From Pseudomonadales bacterium (GTDB lineage: Bacteria > Pseudomonadota > Gammaproteobacteria > Pseudomonadales > Azotimanducaceae): DNA of 64,000 nucleotides. Numbering within the stretch: the stretch's first letter is position 1; the number at the start of each line of letters is the position of its first letter. The position numbers and the translations under genes were made by a program. The DNA lies in contig CAXRCG010000048.1 of the NCBI GenBank assembly GCA_964228885.1, forward strand, positions 11,768-75,767. The letters run 5' to 3'. Shown here piece after piece: positions 21,577 through 33,868 of the stretch. The notes beneath the pieces are model-generated. The model was not told where the DNA came from. It did no database searches and saw only the letters and a list, made by a program, of their open reading frames with translations.

Positions 21577-24242
21577 TAGCGCGCTCCATCCGTCGTGATA
21601 AGACTCGCTTTCACGACTTCGCTTGGCGCCGTCCAATCTTCTATCGCCGTAAAATCGGAAGATGCTACACCGGCTAGTCCTATGGTAGCGGGAATCGCCG
21701 GATATATCAGACACCCCTCGGCGATATCGTCATCCACCAGCACCATCATTACTACATCTCGACATTTCGCGCCGCCCCTATGAGTCAGCGCCAGAGATGA
21801 AGCGGTGGTGCTATTCACCCGCACGTAGGGTTCGGGTATCAAACTGGCTATTTCCTCTGCCTCATTACTACTTGGGTCAGAGCCGAAAATGTGCTGTTGG
21901 AGAATGACAATTTGTCCCGGGTTAAATTCGCTTTCTGCTGATATGTCATAGGGTGTTAAACGACGTGTTTGCTCAAACAATGGACGCTTGTCGACAGCGG
22001 ACCTGTCTGGACCACCCACCTCATCTTGAAATTTGTGGATTGACTGGTTTGAATTCCATCCTGGAGACCATGAGTAGGTCCGCAGCGCTGCAGGCGCCTG
22101 CTGCTGATTTCCCTCCAGGGTGAATGCGAGCGCCGATTCCTGATCTTCGGGTTGTCTTTTCTCTCGAACAGAAATGTCGGCGGACATGGCTGTCCGCCCA
22201 CTGGACCTGTGTGTCATCCTAGCGACCTTACTCCCAGCGATACGAAATTGCTCGTTAGGCGCGGCTGACGTAATAGATTGTAATGCTTCATGTCTTGCTG
22301 CCAACTCTGACCGGAGTGTTGACGCTTGTTTTGCTTGACCAGCAAGCCGTGTCAAAAGTTGGTAGCTGGGTGCGATATCTCCCTTTGGTTTAAAAACGAC
22401 CATGGAACGTTGGGACCGCCCCTCACTATTGATGAAGGTACCTTCAGCTTCCGCAAAAGATCCCGCTGGCAAGACAACATCAGCCTGTGAGGCCGTACTG
22501 TCGTCAAGGGGTGTAAGCACCACCAGATGATCGATCGATTCAAGCGCTGCATCCGCAAAGCGGCTGTAGATGTCGTTCTCAAGTACAATTGCCGTATTGG
22601 GTTTGGCAGCGAGCAGCGTTTCACAACTGCGATCACCCCCCAGTAAACTCGCTCCCAGACTGTTGCTCTCGTGGGCGCACAGAAAAATGCCTGTTTCCGG
22701 ATTATGTTGAGCAACGGCGATAGCAAGGTTGGTGGCTGCTTTCAAGATATTTGGACTGTTGAGGCTCGTCCCGGAAACTATCAACGGCTTTTTGGCTTCG
22801 ATCAGGGTTTGGGCTATCTCACGAGCAGAAGATGGTGTTGCATCGTCCACTGCGTTGGTGATTTCGATAACTTTGTTGATGATTTCATGAGGCGCGAGTC
22901 GAATCGAGTGTGTCGCAACGTCATCTAACCGGTCAGCCATCGGCGTTAAGAGGGTCAGTGGGCTTTTTTCTGCCTGGGCGAGCTCCCTAACGGCCGCATC
23001 ATGCCACAGTGCAATGCCCGAGCTTTCAGCCAGTTCACCTGCCCGCTGACGTATCGACTGACGAATGGAAAGTGCGAGCCGTGGCGCGTGGTTTGTAATG
23101 TCTTCGCCGACAATGATGATCGCATCGTAATCTTCCACCTCAGCCATCGCCGGTGTGGCTATGTCGCTGGCGAGCACATCAAGGATAACTTGATGCATCT
23201 CGCACTCATTATCTGTCATGCCGTTACAGTAGTTTTCTTCTCCGACTAACTGAATCAAGGCTTCGTTCGCCTCAAGGCTAGCGCGGGGAGAGCCTATCCC
23301 TATCAATCCGTCGCTGCTGCTGATCAAATCACTGACCGCTGCCAGTGCTGTTTCAAGGTCAACAGGATCATAGCGTCCATCGGTATTACGAATCCCAGCC
23401 TGGGGTATGCGATTTGCAGAATTCACATGCCCTGCACCAAAACGTCCGCGATCGCAGAGGAAATAGCCATTGACCTCATGGTTATACCTGTTGTGAACCC
23501 GGCGGACTTCGCCATAACGTTCGGAGGTATAAGTGTTGCATCCAAGCGAACAGCTCTGGCAAACAGTGGGTGCTGTTTGCAGGTCCCATTTTCGCGTGTA
23601 GTGCTTTGAAAATGTCTTATCGGTAAATACGCCAGTCGGGCAGACCTCAATGAGATTGCCCGCAAATTCGTTTTCCAGCACACCGGATTCGGCACGACCG
23701 AAAAACACACGGTCACGTGAACCGAAAGCACTTAGGTCATCACCACCAGCGTAATCCTTGTAGTAACGCACACAACGATAGCAGGTGATGCAACGATTCA
23801 TTTCATGGCCAATAAAAGGGCCGAGATACTGGTTGCGATAAGTTGTTTTCAAACCCTGGTACTGTCGGTCACGGTGACCAACCATCACCGTCATATCTTG
23901 CAAGTGACACTCGCCGCCTTCTTCACAAACGGGACAATCATGAGGGTGGTTTAGCATCAGGTTTTCAACCACCGATTCGCGAAAACTTTCTGCGTTATCT
24001 GCGCTGACTGAAAATCTTGCACCTTCCGATACGGGCGTCATACACGACATCACTATTCTGCCACGCGTATCATCCTCGTTAGCGTAACCCAAGACGGCAC
24101 ACTGTCGGCATGCACCAATACTGCCCATAGCCGGATGCCAACAGAAATAGGGCACATTGATACCTTCGTTCAACAAGACTTCTAAAAGGTTTGCGCCATC
24201 TTTCGCTTCGATAGTTTTCCCGTCGACAATGATAGTAGGCAT
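21576..24242 (-). CDS. nuoG: NADH-quinone oxidoreductase subunit G
   Basis: 888 aa. N-terminal 2Fe-2S block and [28 protein letters not shown] Fe-S motifs. Confidence 0.95.
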   Translation of the reverse strand: MPTIIVDGKTIEAKDGANLLEVLLNEGINVPYFCWHPAMGSIGACRQCAVLGYANEDDTRGRIVMSCMTPVSEGARFSVSADNAESFRESVVENLMLNHPHDCPVCEEGGECHLQDMTVMVGHRDRQYQGLKTTYRNQYLGPFIGHEMNRCITCYRCVRYYKDYAGGDDLSAFGSRDRVFFGRAESGVLENEFAGNLIEVCPTGVFTDKTFSKHYTRKWDLQTAPTVCQSCSLGCNTYTSERYGEVRRVHNRYNHEVNGYFLCDRGRFGAGHVNSANRIPQAGIRNTDGRYDPVDLETALAAVSDLISSSDGLIGIGSPRASLEANEALIQLVGEENYCNGMTDNECEMHQVILDVLASDIATPAMAEVEDYDAIIIVGEDITNHAPRLALSIRQSIRQRAGELAESSGIALWHDAAVRELAQAEKSPLTLLTPMADRLDDVATHSIRLAPHEIINKVIEITNAVDDATPSSAREIAQTLIEAKKPLIVSGTSLNSPNILKAATNLAIAVAQHNPETGIFLCAHESNSLGASLLGGDRSCETLLAAKPNTAIVLENDIYSRFADAALESIDHLVVLTPLDDSTASQADVVLPAGSFAEAEGTFINSEGRSQRSMVVFKPKGDIAPSYQLLTRLAGQAKQASTLRSELAARHEALQSITSAAPNEQFRIAGSKVARMTHRSSGRTAMSADISVREKRQPEDQESALAFTLEGNQQQAPAALRTYSWSPGWNSNQSIHKFQDEVGGPDRSAVDKRPLFEQTRRLTPYDISAESEFNPGQIVILQQHIFGSDPSSNEAEEIASLIPEPYVRVNSTTASSLALTHRGGAKCRDVVMMVLVDDDIAEGCLIYPAIPATIGLAGVASSDFTAIEDWTAPSEVVKASLITTDGAR

Positions 24243-25549
24243 CAGCTCACCTCGCGCTTGGCAGACTGGGTCGTGGAATAGGGGCAGGATTTGCTATTGA
24301 TATGATTGATAAAATCTTCGCGAAAGTATTTCAAACCGCTCGCCAGTGGCTCCATCGCGCCAGGCGCGTGGGCACAGTGGGTATTGCCGATCGCGCCAAT
24401 GAAAACTGCCTGCTTCTCAAGAATGTCTAGGTCCGAGCCTGAACCATTGCCAGCCTCTATCTTATCCAGCACCTGCTGAACCCAGGGTAAACCTTCACGA
24501 CAAGGTGTGCAGAAACCGCAGGATTCCCTAGCGAAGAATTTTTCGAGATTAGCAATCATGCCAACAGGGCAAGCTCGATCATCGAGGATAATCATGGTGC
24601 CGGTTCCCATTCGACTGCCCGCCTGCATGATCGTCTCGTATTCCATCGGAAGGTCTAGATGCTCAGCTACCAGGAAATCAGTTGAAGCGCCGCCGGGCAA
24701 GAAGCCCTTTAGTGCGTAGCCGTCTGCCATGCCTCCGGCACAGCCTTCCAGGATCTCGCGAATGGGTGTCCCCATTGGAAGTTCCCAACAGCCAGGATGC
24801 TTAACTCGGCCGCTGGCGCCGAACAATTTGGTGCCGCCATCGCTACCCCTACCCAGCTGACGGAACCACTCTGCACCATAAGTGATGATATGCGTGATAT
24901 TACACAGGGTTTCGACGTTGTTAACGATCGTCGGTCTGCCCCAAAGACCACTGACCTGAGGAAAAGGTGGTTTAGCTCTCGGCGTTGCCCGCTTACCTTC
25001 CAAAGAATTCAACAGCGCGGTTTCTTCACCGCAGATATATCTGCCTGCACTCACATGAACATGTAACTTGAACGAAAATTTGGACCCGGAAACTCGATCG
25101 CCAAGGTATCCAGCCTTTTCGGCTTGCGCTATCGCCTCATTGAGCCTAGAAATCGCGACGTGATATTCGCCCCTGATGAATATGTAACCAACATCTGCAG
25201 AAAGTGTGTATGCAGACAAGATCATGCCTTCGATCAGTTGATGAGGATCCAACTCCATGAGCAATCGATCCTTAAACGTACCGGGCTCCATCTCATCAGC
25301 GTTAGCGACAAGGTAGCGATGACCTTTGCCATCGGGCTTAGGTACAAAACTCCACTTCATGCCGGTCGGGAAACCTGCCCCTCCCCTACCACGAAGGTTT
25401 GAGTCTTTTATGATGTCCAGCACGGCATTCGGGTCGAGCTTGCCAATCGTATCCCGGACAGCCAAGTAGCCACCACGTGCTTCGTACCGCTCTATACCGG
25501 TTGGACCCTCATGATCCAGAATATTTTTTGTTAATGGCCGCTCGCTCAT
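24242..25549 (-). CDS. nuoF: NADH-quinone oxidoreductase subunit F
   Basis: RGRGGAGFPTGMKW (FMN/NADH site) and ESCGFCTPCREG (4Fe-4S). Confidence 0.95.
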   Translation of the reverse strand: MSERPLTKNILDHEGPTGIERYEARGGYLAVRDTIGKLDPNAVLDIIKDSNLRGRGGAGFPTGMKWSFVPKPDGKGHRYLVANADEMEPGTFKDRLLMELDPHQLIEGMILSAYTLSADVGYIFIRGEYHVAISRLNEAIAQAEKAGYLGDRVSGSKFSFKLHVHVSAGRYICGEETALLNSLEGKRATPRAKPPFPQVSGLWGRPTIVNNVETLCNITHIITYGAEWFRQLGRGSDGGTKLFGASGRVKHPGCWELPMGTPIREILEGCAGGMADGYALKGFLPGGASTDFLVAEHLDLPMEYETIMQAGSRMGTGTMIILDDRACPVGMIANLEKFFARESCGFCTPCREGLPWVQQVLDKIEAGNGSGSDLDILEKQAVFIGAIGNTHCAHAPGAMEPLASGLKYFREDFINHINSKSCPYSTTQSAKREVS

Positions 25550-26037
25550 TTCAGATGTTCATCCAGATTATCCACGGTTAAGTCGTGGTGAAGTTCATCG
25601 CCAACCATCATGGCCGGCGCATGGTCACAGTCGCCAAGACATGTCACCGGTAATAACGTGTATTTGTTATCAGCGCTGGTTTGACCAAATTCAATTTTCA
25701 GTTTTTCACGTAGTTTTTTGCAGACCTTTTCGCCATCCATCAACCAGCAGCTGACGCTGTCGCAAAAAAGAATGACTTCCTCGCCCACTGGTTGTCGGTA
25801 AATGAGATTGTAAAAAGTCGCGATACCATCTAGCTCGTCAACTGACATGCCAAGCAGTTGAGCAATAGCCGCCAGACTGTTATCTGATATCCAGCCTCGA
25901 TGCACTTGAACAATCTTTAGCGCGTCAATAGCGGCTGATTGTCGATCCGGTAAATGCTGGATTTCACGTTCAATTTCTCCGATCTCAATCTCGGTCAGTG
26001 AATCCATCGGTGCGTCTGTAGCAAGATTTTGTGTCAT
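25546..26037 (-). CDS. nuoE: NADH-quinone oxidoreductase subunit E
   Basis: 163 aa, thioredoxin-like 2Fe-2S subunit with CDSVSC...CLGDCDHAP. Confidence 0.9.
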   Translation of the reverse strand: MTQNLATDAPMDSLTEIEIGEIEREIQHLPDRQSAAIDALKIVQVHRGWISDNSLAAIAQLLGMSVDELDGIATFYNLIYRQPVGEEVILFCDSVSCWLMDGEKVCKKLREKLKIEFGQTSADNKYTLLPVTCLGDCDHAPAMMVGDELHHDLTVDNLDEHLK

Positions 26038-27788
26038 CGGTCTACATCCGCCATGACAAAATCAATGCTTGCGATAATCGCTATTAAATCGGGAATGAGT
26101 AGCCCCCTGCTGATGAGCGGTATTTGTTGTAGATGGGGGAATGAGGGCGTTCGAATGCGAGTGCGATAGGAATTAGTGCTTCCGTCACTCGTCAGGTAAT
26201 ACATATTGTTACCTTTTGTTGCTTCAATCGTAACGCTGCACTCTCCGACTGGAATCACCGGTCCCCAGCTGACGTTCAGAAAGTGATGAATGAGCGTTTC
26301 TATATCCATCATTGTTCGCTCTTTTGGCGGAGGCGTTGTTAACGGATGTTCAGCCTTGTAAGGGCCCGCGGGCATGTTGTCTAAGCACTGTTCGATGATT
26401 TTCAAACTTTCCCTGATTTCATCGACACGCACTCTGGCGCGATCAAAACAATCGCCTCCATGGTAGACCGGCACTTCAAAATCGAACTGATCATAACCCC
26501 CATAGGGTTTGTCACGACGCCAGTCGAAATCGACGCCGGTCGCTCTGAGGCCAGGGCCAGTAATACCCCAGTCCATCGCCTCCTGTTGCGTGTAAATACC
26601 AATTCCCCGCGTGCGCTGCTGGAGAATGCTGTTGCTCATCGCCATTTTTTCATAATGATCAAGACGTTTAGGCATCCAGTCGATAAAATCGCGGACCATG
26701 GCGTCCCAGCCTTCGGGCAAGTCCTGAGCAACGCCACCGATTCGGAACCAGGCCGGGTGCATCCTGCCACCGGTAACTGCCTCGACTATTCGCAGCAGTT
26801 TTTCTCTGTCAGAGAACATGTAGAACACAGGTGAAAGCTGTCCGACGTCCTGAGCGAAAGTGCCATAGAAAACAAGATGGCTAGAAATTCTAAAGAATTC
26901 CGCCATCATGATTCTGATTACTTTTGCACGATCAGGCACTTCGATACCGGCTAACTGTTCTACCGCCATCACATAAGGGAGGTTGTTCATTACACCGCCG
27001 AGGTAATCAATTCGATCGGTATAAGGGATGTATGTATGCCACGATTGGCGCTCGGCCATTTTTTCTGCGCCGCGATGGTGGTAACCAATCTCGGGTACCG
27101 CATCAACAATAATCTCACCGTCAAGTTGCAGCACTATGCGAAAAACGCCGTGGACCGAAGGATGGTTTGGGCCCAGATTTAAAAACATAAACTCTGTGTC
27201 TTTGTCCCTGCGTTTCAGCCCCCAGGCTTCCGGTTTAAACCGCAGTGCTTCCTGTTCCTTGTCTTGGCGCTCAGCGCTCATCGCAAAGGGCGCCATATCG
27301 GTTGCGCGAGCCGGATGATCTTTTCTAAGCGCGTGACCTTCCCAAGTTGGCGGCAGGAGAATACGAAAGAGCGCAGGGTGGCCGGTGAAGGTTATGCCAA
27401 ACATGTCCCACGCTTCGCGTTCGTACCAGTTAGCGTTGGGAAAGATTGTATGAATGCTCGGTAGTGTTAAATCGGATTCCGAGAGCGCGACTTTAACGCG
27501 AAGTTCCTTGAGATGTTTGATTGACAGAAAGTGATAGACAACCGTGTAGTCAGCTTCTGGTAGTCCGGAACGATAGACTCTAAGTCTCTCATCAACCCCG
27601 CACAGATCGAACAACATGTCGAAGTCCTGCTTCAGGTGTTCGATAATTTCCAGCAGATGATTACGTGAGATCCAGAGTGTTTCAATCTTGTCAACGGTGT
27701 GTTGACTTACAATCGAAGCACGGGGGAATTGTTCTCCGATTTTTTTTTCGAAGTTTCTAGGTACCACTTGTTCAGCAACTGCCGACAA
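26034..27788 (-). CDS. nuoC: NADH-quinone oxidoreductase fused subunit C/D
   Basis: 584 aa. The N-terminal NuoC block [15 protein letters not shown] is joined to the NuoD blocks [13 protein letters not shown] and [10 protein letters not shown]. The start codon is TTG. Confidence 0.9.
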   Translation of the reverse strand: MSAVAEQVVPRNFEKKIGEQFPRASIVSQHTVDKIETLWISRNHLLEIIEHLKQDFDMLFDLCGVDERLRVYRSGLPEADYTVVYHFLSIKHLKELRVKVALSESDLTLPSIHTIFPNANWYEREAWDMFGITFTGHPALFRILLPPTWEGHALRKDHPARATDMAPFAMSAERQDKEQEALRFKPEAWGLKRRDKDTEFMFLNLGPNHPSVHGVFRIVLQLDGEIIVDAVPEIGYHHRGAEKMAERQSWHTYIPYTDRIDYLGGVMNNLPYVMAVEQLAGIEVPDRAKVIRIMMAEFFRISSHLVFYGTFAQDVGQLSPVFYMFSDREKLLRIVEAVTGGRMHPAWFRIGGVAQDLPEGWDAMVRDFIDWMPKRLDHYEKMAMSNSILQQRTRGIGIYTQQEAMDWGITGPGLRATGVDFDWRRDKPYGGYDQFDFEVPVYHGGDCFDRARVRVDEIRESLKIIEQCLDNMPAGPYKAEHPLTTPPPKERTMMDIETLIHHFLNVSWGPVIPVGECSVTIEATKGNNMYYLTSDGSTNSYRTRIRTPSFPHLQQIPLISRGLLIPDLIAIIASIDFVMADVDR

Positions 27789-27823
27789 CAGCTTTCCCCT
27801 TTAACGATTACGACTACTACAAA

Positions 27824-28462
27824 TTAAACGCGGTTAGGCTCCTTCAAGTCAGTCGCCTTTCGACGAGACTCGGTCCTGAGGTCACGCTGGCTTATCTTCT
27901 CCGCTTTGATGACGCGTTGATCATCAACAACCCAGCTCAAAGGACGTCTTTCTTTTCCTACCGCGTCTTGTAGCAACATCAACCCCTGTAGAAATGCATC
28001 GGGTCTGGGTGGACACCCAGGTACGTAAACATCTACCGGTAAAAACGAGTCGACACCTTGCACCACAGAATAGATGTCGTACATACCGCCTGAATTGGCA
28101 CAAGAACCCATAGAAATCACCCACTTGGGTTCCAATAATTGTTCATAGAGCCGCTGAACCACTGGGGCCATCTTTAGAAAGCAAGTGCCCGAGATCACAA
28201 TCATGTCGGCTTGTCTCGGCGTAGCGCGAATAACTTCGGAACCGAAACGTGCAACATCAAACCTGCTGGTGAGTGACGTCGCCATTTCGACATAACAGCA
28301 GGAAAGTCCAAAATTGAATGGCCAAATAGAATTCTTTCTACCCCAGGCAAGCATATCCTCGAGTGTCGTCATGACCAGGTTTTGTTTAAGGTGTTCATCC
28401 AAGGCACTGTCCACGTCTACCAGTGGAATACTTTCCTCAGCTTTCGTCAGACTCCATTCCAT
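27824..28462 (-). CDS. nuoB: NADH-quinone oxidoreductase subunit B
   Basis: [17 protein letters not shown] and VPGCPP (N2 cluster ligands). Confidence 0.95.
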   Translation of the reverse strand: MEWSLTKAEESIPLVDVDSALDEHLKQNLVMTTLEDMLAWGRKNSIWPFNFGLSCCYVEMATSLTSRFDVARFGSEVIRATPRQADMIVISGTCFLKMAPVVQRLYEQLLEPKWVISMGSCANSGGMYDIYSVVQGVDSFLPVDVYVPGCPPRPDAFLQGLMLLQDAVGKERRPLSWVVDDQRVIKAEKISQRDLRTESRRKATDLKEPNRV

Positions 28463-28465
28463 AAC

Positions 28466-28882
28466 CTATTCCTTTAGCCTCTGCAGTGAAGCGCCCGAGG
28501 GCAAACCTTTTCTGGATTTGACGCCCCAATCGAGCGCGCCTGATCGCCATTCATAGATCAATGCAGCTACCAAAATGATGATGAAGACTGAAATTGCGAG
28601 GAACCCAAAAACACCGAGTTCATGGAATGCAATTGCCCAGGCAAAAATGAAGACAGTTTCCAGATCAAAAATCACGAAAAAGATCGCGATCAAATAGAAT
28701 TCTACAGAGACGGGGATTTGTGCCGAACCGATATGAACAACGCCAGATTCGAATGGCTCGCCGGTCGCACCTTTCATGTCTGATCGCTGCCCTATAAGTG
28801 AGGACAGCACCAAAATCCCTGCGACAAGCGCCAGCACAGAAGAAAAATATAACACAAGGGGCCAGAGAGATGACTCTGTCAT
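28466..28882 (-). CDS. nuoA: NADH-quinone oxidoreductase subunit A
   Basis: 138 aa, 3 TM, first gene of the operon. A 640 bp non-coding region lies upstream. Confidence 0.9.
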   Translation of the reverse strand: MTESSLWPLVLYFSSVLALVAGILVLSSLIGQRSDMKGATGEPFESGVVHIGSAQIPVSVEFYLIAIFFVIFDLETVFIFAWAIAFHELGVFGFLAISVFIIILVAALIYEWRSGALDWGVKSRKGLPSGASLQRLKE

Positions 28883-29520
28883 AGGTCACCTCTTGCTTCG
28901 AAATCGCATAGCAGGACAGCTAACGAGCTACGACGATTGATTACATCCGCTAGTTTGGCCATCTTCCTTTTCCTGATGAAGCACGGCCGACTACAGCTGA
29001 GAAATTCTCAATGTCGGTGTAAATAATCTACTCCACTAAATTGCGCTGTGCAAGTCCAGCGAGCATTTCGTCTCATCCGATGAATTTTATCGGGCTTATT
29101 TCGGGTTCAAGACTCAAGCGCGACATTTTGTCGATAGTGCGCTACACCCCGCATGTGGACTGACTATGCGGACTATCGCAGCCATCACAAACCCAGACAT
29201 CGTTCGATAAAAAACCGTTCCCAGCGCAGCGGGATTACCAACTATCAAAACCGGTACAGTTATTCAATCCTAAAACCGGTTTGAATGAACAAGGTAAAAT
29301 TGTCTTGCTCGACCGCTTGGTTTCATTAGTATTCATTCAGGTCATCTGTAAGACATCAAACTTACACTACAACATTTGTTAGCGATCAAAGAAAACACCC
29401 GATGACGGTGTCTTAAACTTGAATAAGCACGCCGGCTCAGCAAACCTGACCCTGCTTCGGCATATCTGGTTTAGAATAATTATTTTCCGGGCTGTGTTTC
29501 CAATAGATTGAAATCGAGCA

Positions 29521-30477
29521 TTATGATAATTCCAAAATTCGCGCCGGTTCTGGGTACACCCATGGATCGCTGGGGCTTTCTAGACGACCATAAGCATTCC
29601 AAGGTTTAAACCCCAGACGCTCTTTCAATTTATCCGACAGTGAAGGCCATAAGTTCCTGTCCAAGCCAAGCACCTGGTTCTCTTGTTGGCGAAATTGCGG
29701 CGCACAAAATGTTGTTAGCACACCAAGGCGATCCTCGCCAGCAGTGTGGGCCCCAGTACCATGCCAAAGACGACCTTCAAATATCGCCAGGGAACCCGCC
29801 GGCGCAACCAATTGCTCAATGCCATCACTTTCCTCGTTAGGGTTTGGTTGGGCGCCTGATAAATGTGTTCCTGGAACCACTTCCGTCGCACCGTTCTCCG
29901 CTGTGAAATCACTGAGCATCCACATGGCATTAGCAACCACAGCGGGTGCGATACCTAGCTGCGGATTTGGCATCAAAGCATCACTACACGGAATACGACT
30001 AATGTCGGCAGGCCGGATATAATCGCTGCCGGGCAACACTGGCTGCGGCATCCACCACTGATCAGTGTGCAAACCCATTCGCTGGCCACCGCACTTGGCG
30101 ATGTTCGCTGAATGCGTTGAAAGAATGAAACGATCGCCTAATACATGACCGATCAACTCATCAATCAAAGGATGCTCTACCATATCGCGGAAACACTGAC
30201 CTTTGTTGACTAACATCCATAGTCGCTGATTAATGCCGCCATTGGTTTTCGAGAATGCGTCACTTTTAATCTGACCAAAATCATCTAACAGTTTTTGATC
30301 GCTGCCCGCGTCTCGAAAATCTAAACACTGGCGCTCTTCTTCCTCGGCTTGTTCAACCAATCGCCGACGCGCGGTCATTAACGCTTTCCCGGTTAGAACA
30401 CCAGGGATGACGCAAACACCAAACTGATCGAGATCGCGCTTGGCCTGGATAAGATCTGCTGTGGCTACTGGTAACAT
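29521..30477 (-). CDS. Fe(II)/2-oxoglutarate dioxygenase, phytanoyl-CoA dioxygenase (PhyH) family
   Basis: 318 aa from ATG 30477 (MLPVATADL). Has an HTDQ (His-x-Asp) facial-triad block and a distal LWHGTGAH histidine. Confidence 0.7.
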   Translation of the reverse strand: MLPVATADLIQAKRDLDQFGVCVIPGVLTGKALMTARRRLVEQAEEEERQCLDFRDAGSDQKLLDDFGQIKSDAFSKTNGGINQRLWMLVNKGQCFRDMVEHPLIDELIGHVLGDRFILSTHSANIAKCGGQRMGLHTDQWWMPQPVLPGSDYIRPADISRIPCSDALMPNPQLGIAPAVVANAMWMLSDFTAENGATEVVPGTHLSGAQPNPNEESDGIEQLVAPAGSLAIFEGRLWHGTGAHTAGEDRLGVLTTFCAPQFRQQENQVLGLDRNLWPSLSDKLKERLGFKPWNAYGRLESPSDPWVYPEPARILELS

Positions 30478-30787
30478 AATACTTTTCCTCTCAGTTATCG
30501 CACCGAAAGTCCCACACCCGCTTAATTGTGTCAACCATCGCTTGCAGAACATTCTTAACTAAACAACGCAACATGGCTACCGATCGTGCTACTAATCTCT
30601 TAGGTCCTCACCCAAACCGTTAGCAAGCAAGCACCGCCACGGACCTTCATTACCAGGAGAACCATCACAGCTCGAGGTCTTAAGTTTCGATGATCATCAG
30701 CGATCGTCACCCTTGACGGTCGTTTAGTAGATGTGGTTTATACTGTCTAACCTTCAACTGTTTGGCTAAATTAAGGGGCCTAACCAA

Positions 30788-32239
30788 ATGAGTCACTATG
30801 CGTACCAATCCGCCGTGGCGCTAGCCCGCGCCATTGCCTCTAAAGAAGTGAGTTCGCTGGAACTGACAGATATGTACATTGATCGAGTAGAATCAATCGA
30901 CCCTGATATCAACGCAGTCGTTGTGAAGGATTTTGAGCGAGGCCGTGAGGCAGCGCGCGCTGCAGATTCAGCGATTGCCGCAGGTAAGGCGCATGGCCCA
31001 TTTCATGGTGTCCCTATGACAATCAAAGAGGCCTACGACATCGAGGGCTTACCCACGACGTGGGGTTTCCCCGAATTCGAGCACAATATCGCAACAGCAG
31101 ATTCCGAAATGGTTATTAAAATGAAGCGCGCAGGTGCACATTTTTTCGGCAAAACCAACGTACCTCGCAGTCTTGCAGATTTTCAAAGTTTCAACGACAT
31201 TTATGGGACAACTAACAATCCTTGGCATCTTGAAAGCACACCTGGCGGTTCTTCAGGGGGTTCCGCCGCAGCCTTAGCGGCAGGACTAACGGGCCTTGAG
31301 GCGGGTTCTGACATTGGCGGTTCCATTCGAAATCCCGCACACTTTTGTGGCATCTATGGACACAAACCCACGTGGGGCATTGTTTCAGATGCCGGGCATG
31401 CACTTCCAGGACAAGCCGCACCTGCTGATATAGCGGTGGTCGGGCCAATGGCGCGCAGCGCTGAAGATCTGAAAGTCAGCATGGAGGTTTCCGCGGGGCC
31501 CGCGAGTCATGACGTGCTTGGCTGGCAGCTCAAACTACCAATGCCCAGTAAAACCCACCTGAGGGATTTTCGAGTCGCTATCTGGACCAACGACGATATG
31601 GCCCCGGTCTCGCAGGAGATATCCGATAGGGTCCAGTCGATCGGTGATATGTTAAGCAGGCTTGGCGCCACTGTATCAGACAGCGCGCGACCAGAGATTG
31701 ACATCGAACAAAGTCATGACACCTACAGTAGCCTACTCTGGGGCGTAATGGGGGCAGAGCTTAGCGCTGAAGAAAAAAGAGACTACCATGCACGTCTTAG
31801 TCAATTAGACCCCAACGACCACTCAATAGCGGCTAACATGATTCGTTACTCTATCCAAAGCCACGGAAACTGGGCAGAGCACAACAACAAAAGGTTTCTT
31901 ATTCGACAACGGTGGCAACGTTTCTTTAATGACTGGGACATCGTCATATGCCCACAAACCGCAACGACTGCTTTTCCACAAGATGAAACGGGATATCTCG
32001 GGCGAAAAATAATCGTCGATAACGTCAAGCAAGACTATTTCCAACAAGTATTTTGGTCAGGACTGGTCACCGTCGCACACCTACCAAGCACCGTCTTTCC
32101 AACAGGACTTTCACAAGCAGGGCTACCCATCGGCTTGCAGGCTGTCGGGGCTGAATTTAACGACTATATCACCATAGACTTCACCAGATTGATGGCGCAA
32201 GAAATCGGAGGGTTCATACCACCACCTGCTTACGCATAG
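30788..32239 (+). CDS. amidase (amidase-signature family)
   Basis: Amidase-signature stretch GGSSGGSAAALAAGLTGLEAGSDIGGSIRNPA with an upstream catalytic Lys block (PMTIKEAYD). Confidence 0.9.
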   Translation: MSHYAYQSAVALARAIASKEVSSLELTDMYIDRVESIDPDINAVVVKDFERGREAARAADSAIAAGKAHGPFHGVPMTIKEAYDIEGLPTTWGFPEFEHNIATADSEMVIKMKRAGAHFFGKTNVPRSLADFQSFNDIYGTTNNPWHLESTPGGSSGGSAAALAAGLTGLEAGSDIGGSIRNPAHFCGIYGHKPTWGIVSDAGHALPGQAAPADIAVVGPMARSAEDLKVSMEVSAGPASHDVLGWQLKLPMPSKTHLRDFRVAIWTNDDMAPVSQEISDRVQSIGDMLSRLGATVSDSARPEIDIEQSHDTYSSLLWGVMGAELSAEEKRDYHARLSQLDPNDHSIAANMIRYSIQSHGNWAEHNNKRFLIRQRWQRFFNDWDIVICPQTATTAFPQDETGYLGRKIIVDNVKQDYFQQVFWSGLVTVAHLPSTVFPTGLSQAGLPIGLQAVGAEFNDYITIDFTRLMAQEIGGFIPPPAYA

Positions 32240-32359
32240 ACTGTCAATCACGTCGGAGCGCTCAATCACAACACCCCTGTGCTACATTGTTTGCTTTGAA
32301 GTCTTTGTTAATAAAGAACCCTGTCGGAATTTCCCGCGGCAATCGCCGTTGTGATACTG

Positions 32360-33532
32360 TTAGGACCTTGACGTATCTGACAAGTAAGCAGCATACAAAA
32401 ACAGACTCTGAGCAATCATCAGTACCGCTGCGACAAAAACAAGAAAAAGATCATTGCCGCCAAACTCCAGCAGTCGTCCACCGACTGCCGGCGCTAGCAT
32501 CGCCGCCACACTGATCGCAGCCGGCAGTATCGGCAGTAAAAAACCACTGCCATCTGATTCGGCAACACCCGCCGAGCCATAGGCTATGGTGAAGTTCCAG
32601 CCGGAATTAAGCAACACAAGCGCGAAAGTAACACCCAACGCTGTCATCGGGCGCATCAACAAGACCACGCTGATAGCGATAATGATCGAACCGCCAAGCA
32701 ACATGACAAAACGGCTCGGCCATTGGCCCATGAATGCCGGAATAAGCCCGGTCAACCCACCCAGCAAAAGCGCCACAGATATTGCTCCCCCGGCAGCTTC
32801 AGCGGTCAAACCACCTGACTGGACGATTCTGTCGATAAAAGCCCAAAGTCCAGTGATACCCAGGTAAAAAATAAACATCGCTAGGACTCCAAGTTTTGGC
32901 GCTAGAACGGCGCCCTTGATAGCCACAAGACAGTCGCGCAAACCTACCTGCTTAAGCAAGAACCTGCCGCTCTCTGGCACAAACCTTGACAAAAAAAGCG
33001 AGAGCAAACAAATCAATGACAGGAAATACATGCTGCCCTGAAAACCAAAATAAGGGGCGATTAATACAGGTATCGCGAACGCGACAATCGCAGCCAGACC
33101 TACCTGGGACACGATACATATCCCGATCGCTCTATCAGGTTCATCTGTATCTCCCAAGTAAGTAAAAACCGGGGTATAGATAAAAGCCATGACTACGCCG
33201 AGCGCAAACAAAAAGAGCGCAATGACCTCAAAACTTTCAAGATGCGGAATCGTTGCAAAAATTAAAATAGAGCAAAATAGACTGACGTTCACGGCTCTTT
33301 GCCAGTTAACCCGGCGCACCCAGAACATGGCAACAATTGTGATTATCGTAAAACCAGCAAAGTAGGATGAGCCTAGGTCGCCTACTTGAGAATCACTGAA
33401 ATTCCTTGTCTAGCCAATTAGCGATAGAAGAATCGGCATAACGTTAAAAACCAGTGCACTGATCGCCACCAGAAAAGACAATGTAATGAGTTTCGGTAGC
33501 GTTGCATTGATAGGCTTTTGAGTAGGTCGCAA
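32360..33532 (-). pseudogene. MFS-type transporter interrupted by a single in-frame TAG
   Basis: The 322 aa track ORF lacks TM1. Reading upstream in the same frame gives (TTG 33532) RPTQKPINATLPKLITLSFLVAISALVFNVMPILLSLIG-TAG(33410-33412)-TRNFSDSQVGDLGSSYFAGFTIITIVA-MFWVRR. The reconstructed length of about 390 codons is normal for an MFS. Confidence 0.55.
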
Positions 33533-33868
33533 AGGTATACTTCTGAGGCTAATCTATGACACACCAACAGACTAAACTGTTTACAATTGATCCACAATAT
33601 CTGCCCGATACCCATAAAGGCGTCGAAGGAACTTAGTGGGTCGAAGAAAAGTACCAGCGTAATGATTTTCTAGCGAGAAGACACAGATAGATACTGGATT
33701 TATGGCTACGAAAGATGTTGCGAATCTATTGCGCAGGCGAGTACCCTTTGACTTCTCGTTGGGGCAACGAGCGCGGACAAACCGGTATGTTCTGCGCAGC
33801 GACATAAGTGCTAACACAGAAAATTGAGCGCAAAACGACCGTTATGAATTTGGGCCTTTCGTTTGATG

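Noticed and set aside
20623-21714. N-terminal extensions offered by the ORF track: nuoH from 21714, receptor genes from 4369 and 7134, the 487 aa activator from 58140, the dioxygenase from 30552, fliQ from 39230, fliD from 59482, nuoK from 19575 and nuoN from 15887.
   Set aside because: Internal starts give canonical protein N-termini (signal peptides, conserved first residues), stop/start overlaps typical of coupled operons, or sit correctly behind mapped promoter elements. The extensions overlap upstream genes or promoters.
29095-29115. GGTTCAAGACTC string resembling a tRNA T-loop in the nuoA upstream region.
   Set aside because: The flanking bases cannot form a T-stem or an acceptor stem, and no anticodon arm can be drawn. 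No tRNA or rRNA gene is detectable anywhere in the window.
33702-33833. 43 aa plus-strand ORF (MATKDVANLLRRRVPFDF...) in the 450 bp gap between the broken MFS gene and ORF184.
   Set aside because: It is short, has no RBS and has no recognisable motif. It is probably a chance ORF in non-coding DNA.
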